Part shown: piece after piece, positions 29,180 to 39,651 of the stretch | Layout: each line of letters opens with the position of its first letter | How positions within the stretch are numbered: position 1 is the first letter of the stretch | Origin: an uncultured Anaerolineales bacterium | Lineage (GTDB): Bacteria > Chloroflexota > Anaerolineae > Anaerolineales > UBA11858 | DNA: 64,000 nt | Assembly: GCA_964539105.1 (NCBI GenBank) | Contig: CAZIFI010000003.1 | Span: 39,202-103,201, forward strand | Direction: 5' to 3' | The notes under the pieces: model-generated | Told to the model about the DNA's origin: nothing | The model's input: only the letters and a program-made list of their open reading frames with translations | Databases searched by the model: none | Program-made: the position numbers and the translations under genes

Positions 29180-29653
29180 TCACACGGTAATTTCTTCCGC
29201 GGCTTCAGGGATCTCATACTCCGCGTTTCGCAGACCTTTCTTGATATCAATCAGCGACTTGCGGCCGATCCCTTTCACATCAAGCATGGCCTTTTCACCA
29301 CCTTCCAGCACCTCAAGAATATCTGCCACGGTCTCTATGTCCGCGTCATTGAGCGCATTTGTAACCCGGGTGCCCAGGTCGAGGGTCTCTATCGAGACAT
29401 CAGCCGACTTCTTCTTCTCTTTGCGCTCCTGTTTCTCTTTTTGAATTTCCTCATGGACCTTCATCTTCTTGTAGAAGCGATCCACCTGACCTTCAGTGTC
29501 CACAATACGCTGTTCACCCGTAAAGAAGGGGTGGCATTCTGAGCACACGTCAGTCCGAATGGTTTCCTGGGTCGAGCCCGTTGTCCATGTATTGCCACAG
29601 GCGCAGATGACCTTGGCTTCTGGATAGTATGTAGGATGAATTTCCTCTTTCAT
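29180..29653 (-). CDS. rpmE: 50S ribosomal protein L31 (type A, Zn-ribbon) with a C-terminal RpoA alpha-CTD-like HhH extension
   Basis: The N-terminal ~65 aa are MKEEIHPTYY...CACG...CSECHPFFTG, a canonical L31. The C-terminal ~90 aa read LDLGTRVTNALNDADIETVADILEV...LDVKGIGRKSLIDIKKGL. This aligns with the RNA polymerase alpha C-terminal domain ([24 protein letters not shown]...[14 protein letters not shown]). Confidence 0.8.
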   Translation of the reverse strand: MKEEIHPTYYPEAKVICACGNTWTTGSTQETIRTDVCSECHPFFTGEQRIVDTEGQVDRFYKKMKVHEEIQKEKQERKEKKKSADVSIETLDLGTRVTNALNDADIETVADILEVLEGGEKAMLDVKGIGRKSLIDIKKGLRNAEYEIPEAAEEITV

Positions 29654-29669
29654 AGTCCTTCCTATGTCA

Positions 29670-29927
29670 TTAATCAACCGGGATCACGTTAACCTGTTTC
29701 TTGCCGCCCCGGATGGTGCGGTAAGAAACCACGCCGTCAGCTGTGGCAAATAATGTGTCGTCCCCTCCCCGCCCGACGTTGAGACCCGGGTGGATGGGTG
29801 TGCCGCGTTGGCGTACCAGGATGTGGCCTGAGGTCACCTGCTGCCCGGCATATTTCTTGACACCTAATCGCTTTGATTCACTATCACGTCCGTTGCGGGT
29901 TGAGCCGCCGCCTTTTTTGTGAGCCAT
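29670..29927 (-). CDS. rpmA: 50S ribosomal protein L27
   Basis: [24 protein letters not shown] is the canonical L27 N-terminus. There is no Prp-cleaved extension. Confidence 0.95.
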   Translation of the reverse strand: MAHKKGGGSTRNGRDSESKRLGVKKYAGQQVTSGHILVRQRGTPIHPGLNVGRGGDDTLFATADGVVSYRTIRGGKKQVNVIPVD

Positions 29928-29938
29928 CTTTCCACTCC

Positions 29939-30256
29939 CTATTCATTCACAATGTCATCAATTTTCAACAGCGTGTAACGCTGGCGATGACCTTGTCGTT
30001 TACGATATCGAACTTTTGGTTTATATTTGAAAACCAGTATTTTTCGACCTTTGATCTGGTCTTCTACCGTCGCCTTGACTTTGGTCTCTTCCAGGAAAGG
30101 CGTCCCGACTTGAAAATCATCGTCATCGGCCACAAACAATACGTCATCCATCTCTATTGTATCATCCACATCGAGGGATAAACGGTCGACACGGATCGTC
30201 TGGCCTGGCACAGCTTTATACTGCTTTCCACCGCTTTCTACTATGGCATATTTCAT
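29939..30256 (-). CDS. rplU: 50S ribosomal protein L21
   Basis: [24 protein letters not shown] is the canonical L21. Start at MKYAIV with a GGAGGAAAAAAG Shine-Dalgarno. Confidence 0.95.
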   Translation of the reverse strand: MKYAIVESGGKQYKAVPGQTIRVDRLSLDVDDTIEMDDVLFVADDDDFQVGTPFLEETKVKATVEDQIKGRKILVFKYKPKVRYRKRQGHRQRYTLLKIDDIVNE

Positions 30257-30637
30257 ACTTTTTTCCTCCAATCTTCACTTCACCGCCAGTGCTGCGTTTG
30301 GAGATTCCTCCCGCCGCACCCCGGGGAAGTTGGGGGGATTAACATCTTATTATGGCATTCAGGATCAGCTTTCCTAAATGCCGTGCCATTATACCAGGAA
30401 GGGAGATTCTGTCAATGAACCCCCTCCCATTCCTGCCAGACACGACAAAACAACACTGCCGTTTACACCAGCCTCCGCCCAAGTGACCTGATAATAGTTA
30501 GCCTGATACCTGAATCTTGTCACTACAGAAATCCGGCTTTTGTACGTATAATTCAGGGTGAGAAACAGGCATACATCAAACGCAGCATGGCTCCCTGCGG
30601 GCGAACCACTTTTCGGTTGTGATTATAAAGGAGGGGT

Positions 30638-30886
30638 TTGATGGCAGTTACAGGTTGGATTAAAGTGGATGAGAAATACTGCAAAGGCTGTGGCCTGTGT
30701 GTGGAAGCCTGTCCCCAGGGTGTCTTGCGCCTGGACATGGACCGTCTGACACCCAAAGGATACCACCCCGCATATATGATTGAAGACACCTGCACTGGAT
30801 GCGGCATTTGTGCCGTCGTGTGTCCAGATGCGGCAATTACTGTGTACCGTGAGACACCGCAGCGTAAAGCCAGAAGGAGGGCATAA
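30638..30886 (+). CDS. 2-oxoacid:ferredoxin oxidoreductase delta subunit (2x[4Fe-4S] ferredoxin)
   Basis: Two CxxCxxCxxxCP clusters (CKGCGLCVEACP, CTGCGICAVVCP). First gene of the delta-alpha-beta-gamma operon. Confidence 0.88.
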   Translation: MMAVTGWIKVDEKYCKGCGLCVEACPQGVLRLDMDRLTPKGYHPAYMIEDTCTGCGICAVVCPDAAITVYRETPQRKARRRA

Positions 30887-30889
30887 ACG

Positions 30890-32014
30890 GTGGTCAAGGA
30901 ATTATTGAAAGGAAACGAGGCCTTTGCCGAAGCTGCCATCCGGGCGGGCGTAGAAGCTTTTTTCGGTTATCCTATCACCCCCTCCACGGAATTCCTGGAG
31001 CACATGGCAAAGCGCATGCCGGATCTGGGACGCGCTTTTGTGCAGGCTGAAAGTGAAGTCTCCGCCATCAATATGGTCTACGGCGCTGCCTGCACGGGGA
31101 AGCGGGTCATGACAGCATCCTCCAGCCCCGGTTTAAGCCTGATGATGGAAGGCATCTCCTACATCGCTGGAACCGAAGTCCCGGCCGTGATCGTCAACGT
31201 GATGCGGGGCGGACCCGGTCTGGGAAACATCGCCCCTTCCCAGGGCGACTATTACCAGATGATCAAGGGCGGGGGACACGGGGATTATTTCCCTATCGTC
31301 CTGGCCCCGGCCACCGTCCAGGAGGCCATCGATTACATCTCCCTGGCCTTCGACCTGGCTGAAAAGTACCTTTCCATCGTGCATGTCATCGTGGACGGTA
31401 ACATGGGACAGATGATGGAGCCAGCTGAACTCCCCCCCATGCGCGACATACCGGAAGAGGTTCCTGAATGGGCGGTGACCGGGGCTAAGGGCCGGGACCC
31501 CAACACCCTGACGTCAATCTACATCGATCCGGAAGACGAAGAAGTCACCAACTTGCGACTGCTGCGGCGCTGGAAAGAGGTACAGCAGAACGAGGTCCGC
31601 TGTCAGGAATATCACATTGAGGAGGCAGAAATCCTGGTCATCGGATTCGGAACCGCCGGCCGGGTTGCATCCTCAGCCGTGCGGGACGCCCGGGCGGAAG
31701 GGATCCCCGTCGGCCTGCTGCGCCCCATCACCCTGGCTCCCTTCCCGGAAGAACGTCTTCAGGAACTGTGCCAGCAGGTAAGAAGAATTCTGGTTGTGGA
31801 AATGAATTCGGGCATGATGTTGGAAGATGTTCAGCGCATCGTCAAGGGCAAGGTGCCGGTCGAATTTTATGGACGCATGGGCGGGGTGACCCCGCTGCCG
31901 GATGAAATACTGGAAGAAATACAACGCGTGGCCCAAAATGAAGGGGACATCGATGGGGACCCCCGGGACGCGTGGATGGACCGCCTGGAACAAAAGATAT
32001 CGGGAGATCAATAA
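30890..32014 (+). CDS. 2-oxoacid:ferredoxin oxidoreductase alpha subunit (KorA/VorA/PorA-like)
   Basis: GTG start 3 nt after the delta stop. Typical alpha-subunit motifs ([21 protein letters not shown]). Confidence 0.88.
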   Translation: MVKELLKGNEAFAEAAIRAGVEAFFGYPITPSTEFLEHMAKRMPDLGRAFVQAESEVSAINMVYGAACTGKRVMTASSSPGLSLMMEGISYIAGTEVPAVIVNVMRGGPGLGNIAPSQGDYYQMIKGGGHGDYFPIVLAPATVQEAIDYISLAFDLAEKYLSIVHVIVDGNMGQMMEPAELPPMRDIPEEVPEWAVTGAKGRDPNTLTSIYIDPEDEEVTNLRLLRRWKEVQQNEVRCQEYHIEEAEILVIGFGTAGRVASSAVRDARAEGIPVGLLRPITLAPFPEERLQELCQQVRRILVVEMNSGMMLEDVQRIVKGKVPVEFYGRMGGVTPLPDEILEEIQRVAQNEGDIDGDPRDAWMDRLEQKISGDQ

Positions 32015-32784
32015 TGGTAGAAACAACACAAACCATCTATCAACGGCCTGAATCCTTTACAGATGTGCATACCCATTACTGTCCGGGCTGCACCCACGGC
32101 GTCGCACACCGCCTGGTGGCAGAAGTGATTGATGAAATGGGGCTGCGGGAAAAGACCATCGGTGTCGCTCCCGTGGGCTGTTCGGTGTTCGCTTATAACT
32201 ACTTCAATATGGATTTTGTGGAAGCGGCCCACGGCCGGGCTCCGGCCATGGCCACCGGAATCAAACGCGTTCTGCCCGAAAATACGGTCTTTACCTATCA
32301 GGGCGACGGCGATTTGGCATCCATCGGCATGGCTGAGATCATGCACGCCGCAGCGCGGGGAGAAAATATCACTGTGATCTTCATTAACAATGCCATCTAC
32401 GGCATGACAGGGGGACAAATGGCCCCCACCACCCTGCCTGGCATGAAGACTACATCTTCTCCCTTTGGACGGGATGTGGAGCTGACAGGATACCCGCTTA
32501 AGATGGCTGAATTATTGGCGCTGATGGAAGGGTCCGGTTATGTCGTTCGCCGGAGCTTGCATGATGCCAGCAACATTCGAAAATCCAAAAAAGCCATCCG
32601 GCTGGCCTTCGAAGCCCAGGAGCGGGGTTTGGGATTCGCCCTGGTCGAGCTGCTGTCTTCCTGCCCCACAAACTGGGGTGTTTCCCCTCAAGAAGCCCTC
32701 AATTTCGTGGAAGAACAGATGCTACCGGTATATCCTCTGGGAGATTATAAAGTGACCTCCACCCTGGAAAACCTCCGGGTGTAA
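32014..32784 (+). CDS. 2-oxoacid:ferredoxin oxidoreductase beta subunit (TPP-binding)
   Basis: Start ATG overlaps the alpha stop (ATAATGG). TPP motif GDGD...N and the CPGC N-terminal Cys cluster. Confidence 0.88.
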   Translation: MVETTQTIYQRPESFTDVHTHYCPGCTHGVAHRLVAEVIDEMGLREKTIGVAPVGCSVFAYNYFNMDFVEAAHGRAPAMATGIKRVLPENTVFTYQGDGDLASIGMAEIMHAAARGENITVIFINNAIYGMTGGQMAPTTLPGMKTTSSPFGRDVELTGYPLKMAELLALMEGSGYVVRRSLHDASNIRKSKKAIRLAFEAQERGLGFALVELLSSCPTNWGVSPQEALNFVEEQMLPVYPLGDYKVTSTLENLRV

Positions 32785-32799
32785 GGAGAAGAATATCAC

Positions 32800-33357
32800 A
32801 TGGAAGAAACCAGCATCATCATCTCCGGTTTTGGTGGACAGGGAACGCTTTTTTCCGGTCAGGTTCTGGCCTATGCGGCTATGGATAACGGTTTTGAAGT
32901 GACCTGGATTCCCTCCTATGGCCCGGAAATGCGGGGGGGAACTGCCCACTGCACGGTGATCATATCACAGGAACCCATCGGCTCCCCCCTGGTCAGGAAT
33001 CCAGACATCGTCCTGGCCCTCAACCTGCCCTCTGTAGACAAATATGAGCCCCGCATGCCACCTCAGGGGGTATTGATCGGCAATGCATCCCTGGTGAACA
33101 GAGATTTCAACCGGCAGGACCTGCGCACCCTGCTCATCCCTGCCAATGAGATCGCAGAAGAGATCGGCATGTCCCGCCTGGCAAATATGATCATGGTAGG
33201 AGCCATGATCCACATGGAGCCCATTTTGACCATGGATATGGTAAAACAAGCGTTAGAAAAACATATCCCGGAGCGCCATCGGGAAACGCTCCCCATGAAT
33301 TTTAAAGCCCTGGACCGCGGCCATGCCTTTGCTGAAAAATCAGCCGTTCAGGTCTAA
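32800..33357 (+). CDS. 2-oxoacid:ferredoxin oxidoreductase gamma subunit
   Basis: [14 protein letters not shown]... is typical of the gamma subunit (Pyr_Fd_oxidored gamma). Confidence 0.88.
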   Translation: MEETSIIISGFGGQGTLFSGQVLAYAAMDNGFEVTWIPSYGPEMRGGTAHCTVIISQEPIGSPLVRNPDIVLALNLPSVDKYEPRMPPQGVLIGNASLVNRDFNRQDLRTLLIPANEIAEEIGMSRLANMIMVGAMIHMEPILTMDMVKQALEKHIPERHRETLPMNFKALDRGHAFAEKSAVQV

Positions 33358-33374
33358 ATTCAGCTCGACTGAAT

Positions 33375-33408
33375 AAAAAAAGCGATGCTTCAGGCATCGC
33401 TTTTTTTA
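33375..33408. terminator. Bidirectional Rho-independent terminator (kor operon / convergent membrane gene)
   Basis: Perfect hairpin gcgatgc-ttcagg-catcgc flanked by AAAAAA upstream and TTTTTTT downstream. Confidence 0.85.
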
Positions 33409-33423
33409 TTGATCTCGTGGGAA

Positions 33424-34107
33424 TTAGAGATCTTCAGCCGGAACGGCTTCAGCTTCCGAGAGCTGACCCGCTGCAGCCTTTCTGTAAGCCTGACCTGTCA
33501 AGTGGCCGCCTACGACCGCGGCATACGCACTTGTAAAGAGGACACCGATCACACACAGGATCACTCCCAGTGAAGCTACCAGACCCGCTAAAAGGTTGCC
33601 CAAGAAGACCAACGCAAATGAACCCAGATTGTTCCGAACCAGCGAGAACACCTTGCCGAAGCGGAAGGCTGCGCCAAACTCACCTTCGTCAGCGTAACGC
33701 CCCACTGCTGCAGGCAGAACCACACCCAGGAATACACTGTACAGGAGCACCAGGCAGCTGAAACACGCCGTGGCAACCGAAACCACAGCCGTAATCGCTT
33801 CCTGATCCGCATTCTCCAGAAAGGGAATAAATCCCAGGCTGCATCCCTGTATGAGGATGAGGGGCAGCGCATACACAAAGCCAATCACCACAACCAGAAA
33901 ACCATGAACCAGGTATCCCCCGAAATCACTCCAATCCGGAAGGGGCTCAGGATCCTCCCTGATTACACGCCGGATGACCTCAAACCCCCATCCGGCGACG
34001 ATAATGGTCCCGATGAAAGGAATCAGGGAAATAAGTCCAGCCACCCCAATCTTTTTGATCCACTCCTCATCATCAAAAACAAATGTAAATGCCTTGCCAA
34101 AGTCCAT
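33424..34107 (-). CDS. Integral membrane protein, DUF4013-like, unknown function
   Basis: 227 aa. N-terminal MDFGKAFTFVFDDEEWIKKIGVAGLISLIPFIGTIIVAGW followed by about 5 further TM helices. Confidence 0.5.
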   Translation of the reverse strand: MDFGKAFTFVFDDEEWIKKIGVAGLISLIPFIGTIIVAGWGFEVIRRVIREDPEPLPDWSDFGGYLVHGFLVVVIGFVYALPLILIQGCSLGFIPFLENADQEAITAVVSVATACFSCLVLLYSVFLGVVLPAAVGRYADEGEFGAAFRFGKVFSLVRNNLGSFALVFLGNLLAGLVASLGVILCVIGVLFTSAYAAVVGGHLTGQAYRKAAAGQLSEAEAVPAEDL

Positions 34108-34239
34108 GACATACTCCTTTATACTGGATAGAAATAAAGTTCAAAAATTTTCAGGATAACTATCTCAAATGGTATCATGATTCAGCTTCTTTGTCCGACC
34201 CGGTAGATTAAAATTTCCCATCTATCACTCTCCCATGAA

Positions 34240-34276
34240 ACAAAAAAGAGCAAGGCTGCTCGCCTTGCTCTTTTGA
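34240..34276 (-). terminator. Rho-independent terminator downstream of ppdK
   Basis: Hairpin gagcaaggc-tgct-cgccttgctc with an A-run on the plus strand upstream, giving a U-run on the minus-strand transcript. A T-run follows on the plus strand, so it is bidirectional. Confidence 0.8.
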
Positions 34277-34296
34277 ATTGCATCTTGGGAAATATG

Positions 34297-37041
34297 TTAG
34301 GACTCATCCCTGTGTTTCATGGCTACCTGGGCAGCCGCCAAACGGGCTACAGGCACGCGGAAGGGGGAACAGCTGACATAGTCCAATCCGATCAAATGGC
34401 ACCACTCGATCGAATCTGGATCACCACCGTGTTCTCCACAGATCCCGATCTCCAGGTCCGGACGCGCTTTCCGCCCTTTCTGAACCGTGATATCCATCAA
34501 CTGACCCACACCATTGCGGTCGATAGTCTGGAAGGGGTTCTCCGGCAGAATGCCATCTTCGATATAGTCCACCAAGAAATTCCGTTCCGCGTCATCCCGG
34601 CTGTAACCGAAGGTGAACTGCGTCAAGTCATTGGTCCCGAAGGAGAAAAATTCTGCCGTTTGGGCGATCTCGTCTGCCGTCAAACCAGCCCGGGGGATCT
34701 CAATCATGGTCCCGAATTTGTACTCAAACTCTACCCCTTTTTCTTCCATGACCTTTTCAGCGATCTCTTCCAGGTCGGGCTGGATGACCTTAAGCTCATT
34801 GACGTGGCCGGTTAGGGGAATCATCACTTCTGGATGAGGGTCAAACCCTCTCAGCTTGACATCCGCCGCGGCCTCGAATATGGCCCGCACCTGCATCTCG
34901 ACGATTTCCGGCATGACCACGCTCAGCCGCACACCCCGCAGTCCCATCATGGGGTTGCTCTCATGCAGGTTCTGCACGCTGGCCAACAGCTCTTCCTTCT
35001 CGCTGACATCTTTTTCCTGCAAGCGACCTGTAATCACCTCTTCCAGCAGTTCACGCTCATCGGGCATGAATTCATGCAGCGGAGGGTCAATCAGCCGCAC
35101 GATGACCGGCAGGCCGGTCATGGCCTCGAAAAGGCCGTCAAAATCTTCCCGCTGATAGGGCAGCAGCTTATCCAGGGCTTCCTGCCGTTTTTCAACGCTA
35201 TCAGCCAGGATCATGTCCTGCACGATGGGCAGGCGCTCGGGCTCAAAGAACATGTGCTCCGTGCGGCACAACCCGATGCCCCGGGCCCCGTAGGAGCGAG
35301 CCCGCTCCGCATCCTCGGGATAATCCGCGTTGGCCCACACCTGGAGCCCACGGGTGGGACCTGCATCCGGAGCCTTGCGGAGGCCTTCCTGATCGGCGAT
35401 CTTATCCGCCCAGGTCAGGAGTTCCAGGAGTTCCGTTTGTTCATCCAGCGAGGGAGACACAGAATCGATCTTACCGGTAAATACTTCCCCGGTCGTCCCG
35501 TCCACCGAAATGAAATCTCCTTCCTTTACAGTCACGCCGTTGGCTGTCAGCTGGCGCTGTTCGCGATTGATATTCACATCAGACGCCCCCACCACACAGG
35601 GAATACCAAACTGGCGGGCAACCACAGCAGCATGAGAGGTCGCTCCGCCTTCGCTGGTCAGAATGCCTTTTGAGGCCAGCATGCCGTGAACATCATCGGG
35701 CTTGGTGAAGGGACGGACCATGATCACATCCTGCCCTTCTTCTTTAGATTTGATCTCAGCGGTGTCCGCGTCAAAATAGACCCGGCCGATGGCTGCTCCC
35801 GGGGAGGCATTCACGCCGGTTGCAAAGCGCCGGCCGTCATCCTTCGCCGCCTGTTTGGCTTCTTCCACAAATCGGGGATGAAGCAGGGTATCCACCTGAG
35901 ATGGATCAACCCGACTCACAGCTTCTTCCCATGAAATCAGACCCTCGTTCGCAAAATCAACGGCAATTTTTACAGCAGCCTTTGCTGTGCGTTTACCATC
36001 CCGGGTCTGCAGCATCCACAGTTTTCCATTTTCAATCGTGAATTCGACATCCTGCACTTCACGGTAATGGTTTTCCAGTTTTTCTGAAATGTCCAGGAAC
36101 TCTTCGAAAACCTGGGGCATATCATCCTTGAGATGATGGATTTCTTCCGCGTTTCGGATGCCTGCCACCACATCCTCGCCCTGCGCGTTAAGCAGGTACT
36201 CTCCCCACACTTCCTTTTCTCCGGTGGAAGGATTACGAGTGAAAGCTACCCCGGTTCCGGAATCTTTGCCCATGTTGCCAAATACCATAGTCATTATATT
36301 GACCGCTGTACCTAAATCATGGGAAATACCCGTGGCATTGCGGTAATCCACCGCGCGCTTCACGTTCCAGGAGCTGAACACCGCTTCTGTCGACTTCCGG
36401 AGCTGTTCATAGGGATCATCCGGAAACGCCATCCCTTTCTCGGCAATGATCTCTTTGAACTCCTGGGTCAGACGCTTCATATCATCAGCGGACAGTTCTG
36501 TGTCTAACTCGACCCCTTTTTCTTCCTTATACTCATCAAGCACGTCTTCAAAAGCTTCATCATCGACCCCGAGGACGACAGATCCAAACATCTGGACCAG
36601 GCGCCGGTAGGAGTCGTACACGAAGCGGGGATCATCTGTGAGATTGATCATCCCTTTTGCGGTTTCATCGTTCAGGCCGATATTGAGTACGGTATCCATC
36701 ATGCCCGGCATGGAAACCACAGCACCCGACCGGCTCGAGACAAGCAAAGGATTATCCGGATCACCAAATCCCTTTCCGGTAGCCTTTTCGATTGCCTTCA
36801 TGGCTTCCAGTTCTTGTTCCCACAACCCCTGCGGGAATTCTTCGCCCGCTTCCAGGAATGCGTTACAGGCCTCAGTTGTCACAGTAAACCCGGGTGGAAC
36901 AGGGATGCCGATGCGCGTCATTTCTGCCAGGTTTGCACCTTTGCCGCCCAGCAAGGCCCGCACCTCATCCCAATCTCCCCCCACGTGTTCCTCCGCCTCT
37001 TCGACTTCGCTGAACAAATAGACCCACTTTCGATCTGCCAT
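34297..37041 (-). CDS. ppdK: Pyruvate, phosphate dikinase
   Basis: About 914 aa. ATP-grasp N-terminal domain, the phospho-His domain motif GGATSHAAVVAR, and a PEP-utilising C-terminal domain. Full-length PPDK similarity. Confidence 0.95.
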   Translation of the reverse strand: MADRKWVYLFSEVEEAEEHVGGDWDEVRALLGGKGANLAEMTRIGIPVPPGFTVTTEACNAFLEAGEEFPQGLWEQELEAMKAIEKATGKGFGDPDNPLLVSSRSGAVVSMPGMMDTVLNIGLNDETAKGMINLTDDPRFVYDSYRRLVQMFGSVVLGVDDEAFEDVLDEYKEEKGVELDTELSADDMKRLTQEFKEIIAEKGMAFPDDPYEQLRKSTEAVFSSWNVKRAVDYRNATGISHDLGTAVNIMTMVFGNMGKDSGTGVAFTRNPSTGEKEVWGEYLLNAQGEDVVAGIRNAEEIHHLKDDMPQVFEEFLDISEKLENHYREVQDVEFTIENGKLWMLQTRDGKRTAKAAVKIAVDFANEGLISWEEAVSRVDPSQVDTLLHPRFVEEAKQAAKDDGRRFATGVNASPGAAIGRVYFDADTAEIKSKEEGQDVIMVRPFTKPDDVHGMLASKGILTSEGGATSHAAVVARQFGIPCVVGASDVNINREQRQLTANGVTVKEGDFISVDGTTGEVFTGKIDSVSPSLDEQTELLELLTWADKIADQEGLRKAPDAGPTRGLQVWANADYPEDAERARSYGARGIGLCRTEHMFFEPERLPIVQDMILADSVEKRQEALDKLLPYQREDFDGLFEAMTGLPVIVRLIDPPLHEFMPDERELLEEVITGRLQEKDVSEKEELLASVQNLHESNPMMGLRGVRLSVVMPEIVEMQVRAIFEAAADVKLRGFDPHPEVMIPLTGHVNELKVIQPDLEEIAEKVMEEKGVEFEYKFGTMIEIPRAGLTADEIAQTAEFFSFGTNDLTQFTFGYSRDDAERNFLVDYIEDGILPENPFQTIDRNGVGQLMDITVQKGRKARPDLEIGICGEHGGDPDSIEWCHLIGLDYVSCSPFRVPVARLAAAQVAMKHRDES

Positions 37042-37190
37042 CATTGAATAACCTCCTGCTAACGTCTCTGTCTGTCTTATTTTCTGTTTCGGAAGCTGAT
37101 TGATAATTGCCCTTCCTCCAAGCGTATTATTTTACCATCAAAACTCGTACAATATTTCACAATAGGTTAAGATAGTATTAACATCTCCTT

Positions 37191-38582
37191 TTAAAAAATC
37201 CACTCTCCACTCCAAGGATCCAGGGTCAGATTCAGCGTCTCGCCGGACACCACATATTCTTTATCGGACAGGGCCTCTTCCACGATGCGCCCATCCTCCC
37301 ACCCCACATCCGCCACATTGACCTTCAGGTGACGCCGGGAGGAGCTGGCATTGAAAGCAGCCAAAAATCCTGCCTTTCCCAGTTTCCGCCCAAAGGTGTA
37401 TGTACTCCGCCTGGGATCCACATCCAGGACTTGATAGGTCCCACGCCGCAAAACGGGATTTCGTTTCCGGATATCAATTAGCGCCTTGATAAATTCCCGC
37501 AGTTCAAGATCCCATTTGTCTTCTTGCCAGGGAAAGGCCCTCCGGCAGTCGGGGTCTTTCCCGCCTTTCATCCCGATTTCATCCCCGTAATAAATAGCCG
37601 GGGCACCCGGAATTGCAAACTGGAACAAAAAAGCCATCCTTACTTTCGATTTGTCTTCATCCAGTGCCGTAGCGAGACGCTCGGTATCATGAGAACCCAG
37701 CGGCAGATACATGGCATATACGTTATTTTCAGCATACCGGCTCAGGAGGTCATCAATCCTATCCGCAAACTCCCGGGAAGATATTTCTTCAGACAGAAAT
37801 TGGAGCAGTCCTTCCCGCAGGGGATAGTTCATCAATCCGTCAAAGTGGTTTTCTCCCACCCAGCGCGGGTTGCCATCCCAAATCTCCCCCACCAAATATG
37901 CGTCCTTGTTGGCTGATTTTACCGTCTCCCGAAAGGCAGCCCAGAAGGAATCATCATCAATCTCATTAGGCACATCCAGACGCCAACCGTCCGCTCCCTG
38001 TTCAATCCAGAATCGAGCCACATCCAGCAAATAGGACCGCACCCGCGGATTGGATGTATTAAATTTTGGCAGGCTTTTATGCTTCCACCAGCCTTCATAA
38101 TCGGACGCTTCACCCGGCGAATATGCATCGGGGGGGACATGATTGAGATGGAACCAATCGAGATATGGGGAATGTTGCTTGTTTTCAAGAACATCGTTGA
38201 AGGCAAAAAAGCCCCGACCGCAGTGGTTGAACACGCCATCCAGGATGACCCTGACATCATTTTTGTGGGCCACATCCAGCAGGGCACAAAAATCGCCCAT
38301 ATCCCCCAGCTTACGGTCAATGTGGAAATAATCGCTGATGTTATAACGGTGATTCGAGGTAGCCCGGAAAATGGGATTGAAGTACAGGGCATTGATGCCC
38401 AGGTCCAGTAAGTAATCAAATTTGTTGATCACACCCCGCAGATCCCCACCCTGAAATCCCCAGATGGTGGGCCTGGCACCCCAGCGTTGTACGTTAGGCG
38501 GGTCATTCTCAGGGATTCCGTTGGCAAATCGATCAGGAAAAATCTGATAAAAAACGGCGTCTTGTACCCAGTATGGAACCAT
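37191..38582 (-). CDS. GH13 alpha-amylase family glycoside hydrolase (alpha-glucosidase / neopullulanase-like)
   Basis: N-terminal DAVFYQIFPDRFANG and the GH13 catalytic regions GWRLDVPNE, EIWD and LGSHD. Confidence 0.85.
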   Translation of the reverse strand: MVPYWVQDAVFYQIFPDRFANGIPENDPPNVQRWGARPTIWGFQGGDLRGVINKFDYLLDLGINALYFNPIFRATSNHRYNISDYFHIDRKLGDMGDFCALLDVAHKNDVRVILDGVFNHCGRGFFAFNDVLENKQHSPYLDWFHLNHVPPDAYSPGEASDYEGWWKHKSLPKFNTSNPRVRSYLLDVARFWIEQGADGWRLDVPNEIDDDSFWAAFRETVKSANKDAYLVGEIWDGNPRWVGENHFDGLMNYPLREGLLQFLSEEISSREFADRIDDLLSRYAENNVYAMYLPLGSHDTERLATALDEDKSKVRMAFLFQFAIPGAPAIYYGDEIGMKGGKDPDCRRAFPWQEDKWDLELREFIKALIDIRKRNPVLRRGTYQVLDVDPRRSTYTFGRKLGKAGFLAAFNASSSRRHLKVNVADVGWEDGRIVEEALSDKEYVVSGETLNLTLDPWSGEWIF

Positions 38583-38751
38583 GTGCGTTTATTTTCCTTT
38601 ACTCGCTAATTTAGGTTTCTTGACCTTCAACGATCTCATAACAGGGACCTCATATGTAAACAAGACGCCCATTCTGCAGGCTCCTGATCTCAGAGACCGT
38701 TTGTCCGGGGAAGGATCCTCTGCCATCCCAATACGATTTCGGACCACCCCT

Positions 38752-39651
38752 TCAGGCATACTTTTTCAGTACAGTCCGAACCTGCGACAGATACCCCCCA
38801 CCAAACAGGTTGACATGGTTCAGGAGATGATACAAATTGTAAACCGGGAATCGGTCCCGATATCCCGCTTCCAAGGATGCGTGTTCTTCATAGCCCTCAT
38901 AGAACGCGGGCGGAAAACCCCCGAACAAGCTTGTCATCGCTAACTCAGCCTCAGCCCAACCATAATATGCGGCAGGGTCGATGATGGCAGGACTGCCATC
39001 CTGATCGCTGATAGCATTCCCACTCCACAAGTCCCCATGAATCAGGGAAGGGTGCTGACCGGGAACCAGAGATTCCAGACGGTGGGCCAGCCGCTCCACA
39101 GCCTGCACATCCGCCCGGGACAATTTTCCGGTTTCCCGGCCCAACCGGGCCTGATACAACAAGCGGTGCTGGGCGAAAAAAACGAAACCATCATCCTCCC
39201 AGGCATTGATTTGAGGGGTGCTTCCGATGTAATTATTGTGGGGAAACCCGAATCGGTCATTCGTGTGTTGATGGAGACAGGCCAGCTCTTTCCCGAACCT
39301 GATCCAATATCCTTCTTTTTTCGGGGCGGGACATAGGTTTTCCAGAAGGATAAACCTTTCTTCGGCATGATACACCCGGGGCACGGTCGGGCCATCATCC
39401 ACCGCCAATTTTTGCAACCCTTCCGCCTCCCTGGGAAACATATCAGGCGGTGCGTTGCGGTTGGTCTTCACGAAGAATGACCGGCCTTGTTCGGTTTCAA
39501 TCACAGCCCCGTCATTGATGCAGCCGCCGCCAACAGGATTTACTGACTGGATAGCACCATAGCCGTGGTCTTCGCACCAAGTCTGGACAGCCCTATATTT
39601 CCTCTCCACCTTCCAAGGCCTCCAACAATTCACGGGTCGAACGTTCCACAA
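38752..39651 (-). CDS. Fructosamine/ketosamine-3-kinase family protein
   Basis: APH-like kinase motifs including HGDLWSGN. Full-length similarity to the bacterial FN3K (YniA) family. The annotated start overlaps the upstream gene by 59 nt, so the true start may be internal. Confidence 0.8.
   Translation of the reverse strand: MWNVRPVNCWRPWKVERKYRAVQTWCEDHGYGAIQSVNPVGGGCINDGAVIETEQGRSFFVKTNRNAPPDMFPREAEGLQKLAVDDGPTVPRVYHAEERFILLENLCPAPKKEGYWIRFGKELACLHQHTNDRFGFPHNNYIGSTPQINAWEDDGFVFFAQHRLLYQARLGRETGKLSRADVQAVERLAHRLESLVPGQHPSLIHGDLWSGNAISDQDGSPAIIDPAAYYGWAEAELAMTSLFGGFPPAFYEGYEEHASLEAGYRDRFPVYNLYHLLNHVNLFGGGYLSQVRTVLKKYA

Noticed and set aside
30272-30637. Possible r-protein L21 leader or riboswitch upstream of rplU, and inverted repeat GGCATTCAGGA...TCCTAAATGCC (about 30350-30395)
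   Set aside because: GC-rich hairpins exist, but I cannot match them to a known leader or riboswitch consensus by eye. Likely an ordinary 5'-UTR or terminator structure. Left unannotated.
34834-35673. 279-aa plus-strand ORF and other ORFs inside the ppdK region
   Set aside because: Antisense to ppdK, which has full-length PPDK similarity. It is a shadow ORF.
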